From assembly GCA_020184695.1 (NCBI GenBank), contig JAANOX010000243.1, positions 711,772-775,771 of the forward strand: a stretch of 64,000 nt of DNA, written 5' to 3'. Under the pieces are notes generated by a model. The model searched no databases, was not told the DNA's origin, and saw only the letters and a program-made list of their open reading frames with translations. The DNA is from Histomonas meleagridis 2922-C6/04-290x. Its lineage: Eukaryota; Protista; Parabasalia. A program made the position numbers and the translations under genes. Below, in pieces: positions 58,975-64,000 of this stretch. Numbering within the stretch: position 1 is the stretch's first letter; every line of letters starts with the position of its first letter.

Positions 58975-60714
58975 ATGTTGGTGTTGTTGACTTGCTTTTG
59001 TAATTCTTACATGCCAGAACTTCTTGAGCGTCTTCAAAAACGAACCAATGAAGAAGTATGCTCAATGATGGAATCTCAATACATTGCACATTCTGGATGG
59101 GCATGGAAACCACCGACAGATTCCAGTTCATGTGATCTTGGCACAATGAATCCAGAAGCTGTTGATGATACTGAACGCCGTACAAACTTTTATCGAAATT
59201 TTGTTGGTCTTAAATCAGTTACTTATGAACGAGAAGAACTTCAACTCGCTTCCCAAAGAGGTGCTGTTGCTATGTATCAAAATAACATATTTAATCACTA
59301 CATCCCAAAATGTACAAAGTGTTGTCTTGACGATGGACTTTTTGCTCTTCGTCGATCAAATCTTCGGAAAGGAAGTGATACACCGCAAGATGCCATCGAT
59401 CATTTGATTGAAGATGCATATGATATTGGTGTTGGACATCGTGTATGGATGTTCACCCCAGAAATCATCCAATTTGCGGTTGGAATATATGACACATTAA
59501 CAGTTCAACGTGTTATGGATGTTTATAAAAACTCATCACAAACTGAAAGATATTATGCTTATCCGCCACCAGGCCCTGTGCCTTTACGTCTTCTTCGCAA
59601 ACGTTTATCTTTTCATTCTAACGAAAGTTTTCCATCAGGTACAATTGGAGAAGTAACGAAGAATGGAATACCAATTACATCCAAATCATATTGTTATGAT
59701 AAAATGATCGTAATTGATATAAACGAAGCAAATATATCAGTTGATTCAAGATACAAAGTTACAATTTCTAATCCAAACTGGACAACTTCGGAATATATTG
59801 AATATGAATTTTGGACAATTGATTGCTTTAAGAATTATATTTGCGTATCATATACAGGTTCATATGATGAAGATTGTCCAAGAGAATATAATAGAATGAC
59901 ATTTTCTAGAGGAATATCCAATTTAAATGGATTAGTTGAAGGAGATGATGTCAATATAATTCTTGTTTATTTTGGACATGATATTAATACAGATATTCCA
60001 TCGATTGAACCTTCAGCATTTTTAAAAAAAAATCATTTAATTAAAACTAATGATGCATCTGGAATGATAATAAAAAATAATAAAGTAAATCAGATAGATG
60101 ATAGCCAACATACAAAAACAAAGCTTTATCATTTATATCTTGGTTTCTCAAATATAACTGCTATCAATTTATGGGATTTGGAAATGATAGGCATAACATT
60201 CATTGGTTCTTATTCACCAAATGAATTATCTGCAAATGATATAGTAACAGATACAGATTCACTTAAAGCTACACATAATTTTCTTAAAGGGAAATCAATA
60301 ACAATTGATAATTGCAATGTTAATGAAATAGAAATTAAAAATAATTGTGTTATAGTTAATGGCGCACAAATAATTTTAAATAATTATCAAAGAATTAATA
60401 TTCATGTAACAGAAGTTAACTTTACTATTGTTACTTCAACTGATAACTTTCCTGAAATTTACATAATAAGTGATGAAACAATTAATGTGACGTATAAAAC
60501 AAGTAAAAATTGGGAAGAGATAGGTAATAAAGAAAATATTCACTTTAATAACAAATACCCAGGAGAAACAATAGTAAAAATATCGAACATTAATATTGGA
60601 CTTATTATTGGAATGGTGGTTTTGGTAATTGTAGTGATTGTAATAATCATTGTTATAATTGTTCTATGGAAAAAAGGAAAGTTTTCCAAGAAAAAGGATC
60701 TTTCATCCAACTAA
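58975..60714 (+). CDS. Type I membrane protein with a bacterial-type CAP/SCP domain
   Basis: Signal peptide; RRTNFYRNFVGL...NHY...AID.LIED...GVGHRVWMF...FAVG; C-terminal TM IGLIIGMVVLVIVVIVIIIVIIVLW followed by KK. Confidence 0.7.
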   Translation: MLVLLTCFCNSYMPELLERLQKRTNEEVCSMMESQYIAHSGWAWKPPTDSSSCDLGTMNPEAVDDTERRTNFYRNFVGLKSVTYEREELQLASQRGAVAMYQNNIFNHYIPKCTKCCLDDGLFALRRSNLRKGSDTPQDAIDHLIEDAYDIGVGHRVWMFTPEIIQFAVGIYDTLTVQRVMDVYKNSSQTERYYAYPPPGPVPLRLLRKRLSFHSNESFPSGTIGEVTKNGIPITSKSYCYDKMIVIDINEANISVDSRYKVTISNPNWTTSEYIEYEFWTIDCFKNYICVSYTGSYDEDCPREYNRMTFSRGISNLNGLVEGDDVNIILVYFGHDINTDIPSIEPSAFLKKNHLIKTNDASGMIIKNNKVNQIDDSQHTKTKLYHLYLGFSNITAINLWDLEMIGITFIGSYSPNELSANDIVTDTDSLKATHNFLKGKSITIDNCNVNEIEIKNNCVIVNGAQIILNNYQRINIHVTEVNFTIVTSTDNFPEIYIISDETINVTYKTSKNWEEIGNKENIHFNNKYPGETIVKISNINIGLIIGMVVLVIVVIVIIIVIIVLWKKGKFSKKKDLSSN

Positions 60715-61071
60715 TAAAATAAAAATTAAAGTTTTTATTTTTTTTTTTTCTATTGAATTGCTACAAATAGTGTGCATTTATGCATGCTTAAATCATTCTG
60801 AAATTGATGAATCAGCTCCATTTTTTAACGTATTACGATCGAACCCATGTTCCCTCATTTTAACGTCTGCTTTACACCACTCGCTTTTCCATCTGGTCAA
60901 TTCAGATATAAAGTTCTCAAAAGTGAATGTAATTGAAAAAGTTCACATTTCCTCCTGCATTAAAAAGTGCCAATCACTTGCCAAGTGGTCGGACGTTTAT
61001 TTCGGCATTGTTATGTTTCAATTGAATCTGCAGTTATTGTTGGTGTAAACTTCATTTTTCCCAAATTGAAT

Positions 61072-63000
61072 ATGACGAGTAACATGTTTGGTGGCACCAA
61101 CATATTCGCTATCCCTAGCAAAACATCAAACCCTTTTCAAACAACTCCACCTCGTCCTAGTTCACCATTTGGATCAACGAATTCATCAGCACAACAAAAA
61201 CAACAGATAATGCCTACCAAACCTGCACTACAAGATTTACAGTCAAAAATCGGTTCTAAAACATCAGGATTTGGCTCAAAAGGAGAAAAACTAGGAGGAA
61301 ATCAAACCTTTGGTCTTCGTAACGAAATTATCCATAGTGGTGAACAAAAGGCTTCTGACACAACACCCAAGGAAGACATGAAAAGTTCTGATCATTCATC
61401 GAAAAATGAAGAATCAACAAAAAGTCCATCCACCCCAACAAAACTCCCATACTCAGAGTGGCAATCTGCTGTTCACAATTCTATATCATCCACAATACGT
61501 GATACTCTACCTGATCTTGATGATGGAAAAGTGGAAAACTTAGCCAAAGCACTCCAGCCCACAATAGAAAAGTCTGCTGTAATGCAGTCTTTTCTCACCA
61601 CACCCGCCAGCTCAACATTTCCATTCCAACTTTATGGATATCCTCAAATGCAATTTCAAATTCCACATTTCCAAACAAATGAAACAACAAAGATCATAGG
61701 AAACAAGCAGATCACAGAAACGCCAGAAGGACTTCAAGTGATTGTATGGCCGGAGGGAATGGATCCAAAAACGATTCCCAAATCACCTCCTATGATGTAT
61801 CCAATGATGCAGCAGATGCCCATGATGCAACAATGCGAACGTTCTTCTGATAAATCAACAAAAGACGACAAGAACAAGCAAAGTCCTGATGCACAAGTTC
61901 CTCCTCCACAAATGCCCATGATGCCTCCGATGATGTCGCCCATGATGCCACAAATGCCAATGATGCCTCCGATGATGTATCCAATGATGCAACCAATGCC
62001 AATGATGCCTCCGATGATGCAGCAAATGCCAATGATGCCTCCGATGATGTATCCAATGATGCAACCAATGCCAATGATGCAGCAAATGCCTATGACTCCA
62101 CAAATGATGCAACAGCCAATGCAATCCAAAGAAGCGTCTTCAAAAGACGGTAAGAACAAAGCAAAGTCCTAATGTACAATTTCTTCCACCACAAATGCCC
62201 ATGATGCCAATGATGCCACAAATGATGCAATACAATGCCAATGATGCCTCCTATGATGTATCCAATGATGCCTAAAATGCCCATGATGCCACCAATGATG
62301 CAACAAATGCCAATGATGCAGCAGCCAATGCAATCAAGAAGCATCTTCAAAAGACGGCAAAAGAAACAAGCAGAAGTCCTAATGTACAATTTTTCCACCA
62401 CAATGCCCATGATGCTCAATGGTGCCTCCAGTGACTCCACAGATGATGCAGATGCAGCAAATACAACAAATGATGCAGCAAATACCACCAACGATGCACG
62501 CCGCCCAAACACATGCACAAGAACCATCTTCAGCTGGCGACACCAAAGACGATCTTTCCCTCAAATTCCTCCTTACCTTTCCCATCTCTGATTGTACTTG
62601 AGAACATGGACGACTGGCTACGAGATGATCCCTCCGATTCATATTTTAGGATGCTGTCCACTCGCCACAATGTGCTTTGAATCAAATGCCGCTCCAGCAA
62701 AGTACCGCAATGTGTGAAGATGACACAACATTCCGACCAAAAGAATTCAAATTCGATGAACTAGCGCAATGCGTGCAGAGACCGCCAATGCAGTACCCAT
62801 CGCCGCCTATTTGTAACATGATGCCGATGACGCAGCCCTTAATGCCCTCAATTAGTAACATTACGCCAAACGCTAATATATCACAAATAACGGCGCAACC
62901 GAACCCAATGGACACACCACCTGACGTGCCGAAGCTAATTGAATCAATAAGAGGCGGGCAAGAAGACCGTTTGATCGCAATCCCGAAGCCTGGAAATTGA
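61072..63000 (+). CDS. Pro/Met/Gln-rich low-complexity repeat protein, broken by several frameshifts (pseudogene or assembly error)
   Basis: ORF from ATG 61072 to 62172. The (PMMPPMMYPMMQ)n unit and the KDxKNKQSPxxQ linker continue in shifted frames (62172-62601) up to ORF 62677-63000. Confidence 0.55.
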
Positions 63001-63339
63001 ATGAGATCGTGAATTTACCTTCAAATTAGATTTACCAAATCAAATAAAAGACCTATTCAATTGAAATTTTGAAATAAACTACTGAATCGTCGTATCGGCG
63101 AATGAGAACGAAATGGAAATAATTTGAATTAAAAATGATAACGTTTGCGATTTGCTTTCAGTTCTGATTTTAGAATTACTTTAAATCACAACAAGATGAC
63201 TAAATCATTTGGTACCAATCAGTTTGTTAAGATTGTTAAAAGATTTACATTGCAAAAACTACAAATGCATTTCTTGTTGATTAAACAGACTTAGTGAATT
63301 TCACAGTTGAATCATCTGATGAAAAAAATTACTGATAAA

Positions 63340-63880
63340 ATCCAATCTAAACAAGAAAATATTGATATTAATGTAAAGCTATTTGTTTGCTTTATTTCAT
63401 ATTTATTTTAAAAATTTTATATTTTATAAAAATTTTTGGTATTTATTTATATTGTTTGATACAGCACTTATGATTGCATCTGAAAATGAACAAACCAAAA
63501 AAGTTAAATTGCTTCTCGAACAAAAAGGAATTGATATTAATAATAAAAATATTTGTTTTTTTTAATATAATATTAGTTTTATTATTTTAATGTTTAAAAA
63601 TAATATTTGGAAATTTCTCATTTTATTTGTTGCAGTACTTATAAACGCGCATCTCAAATGGAGAGCTTGAAAATGGTCAAATTGCTTTCGAACAGAAAAG
63701 GAGGTATTATTAATAACCAAAAAAAATTTATTTATTTTATTTAATACTATTTCTAATTTGATATTTCCCAATACAATATTTAGTAATTACGAGAATATCA
63801 TTATTGCTTACAGCACTTTACTTATGCATCTATATATGGTTAACTATTAGCAGAAATGGTTAATCTGATGATGAAAATTT
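63340..63880 (+). pseudogene. Decayed ankyrin-repeat gene fragment with single-repeat segments separated by AT-rich spacers
   Basis: ENIDINVK | spacer | DTALMIASENEQTKKVKLLLEQKGIDINNKNI (63458-63553) | spacer | frameshifted ASQMESLKMVKLL..KG | spacer | LTAL... Confidence 0.6.
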
Positions 63881-64000
63881 AGTTTTTGTAAAAAGTACAT
63901 TAAATAAAAAAATTGTTTGAAAAATGTTAGTTTTTATTTGATGAATGCGTATAAAAATAAAGAGTTAAATATATAATAATGTAAATAGATCTATGATCAA

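Noticed and set aside
61734-62642. Several long antisense ORFs rich in Ile/Gly/Cys, His or Ala/Ser
   Set aside because: They are mirror frames of the Met/Pro/Gln repeat gene on the plus strand.
1-64000. Stop-codon reassignment as an explanation for the broken ankyrin and other frames
   Set aside because: Long conserved genes (HECT 2916 aa, TSR1, PPDK-like) are open under the standard code and genes end in TAA/TGA/TAG. The ankyrin breaks also change frame, which reassignment cannot fix.

Overview
AT-rich (~27-30% GC), gene-dense eukaryotic DNA. The gene content (DUF3447-type ankyrin proteins, BspA-like and Pmp-like surface proteins, a PPDK paralogue, intronless housekeeping genes, AACGGTT/AACCGTT promoter elements) points to a parabasalid, most likely a Tritrichomonas-like trichomonad; this is an inference. 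The window holds about 30 protein genes, including TSR1, NAXE, a PAP2 phosphatase, WDR11-like, POC1, a 2916-aa HECT E3, ERK7/8 MAPK, CAMK kinase, PMT and endosulfine. It also holds 4 tRNA genes (Ser-AGA, Gln-TTG, Leu-CAA, Ile-TAT), a defective TIR-bounded mariner abutting an older mariner relic, and four ankyrin-repeat loci. Most notable: (1) ankyrin repeats at all four loci are interrupted at the same loop position by AT-rich, frame-breaking spacers without GT-AG ends, suggesting a non-canonical intron or recoding class; (2) an ArcE/cDPG-synthetase-like P-loop enzyme fused to a DUF6602-like PD-(D/E)xK nuclease domain; (3) a full-length PPDK with all three active sites degenerate; (4) other apparent pseudo-enzymes (Ras/Rab-like, SelF/SelM-like) and bacterial-looking surface or repeat proteins. 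All family calls come from recognising motifs by eye; no searches were run.
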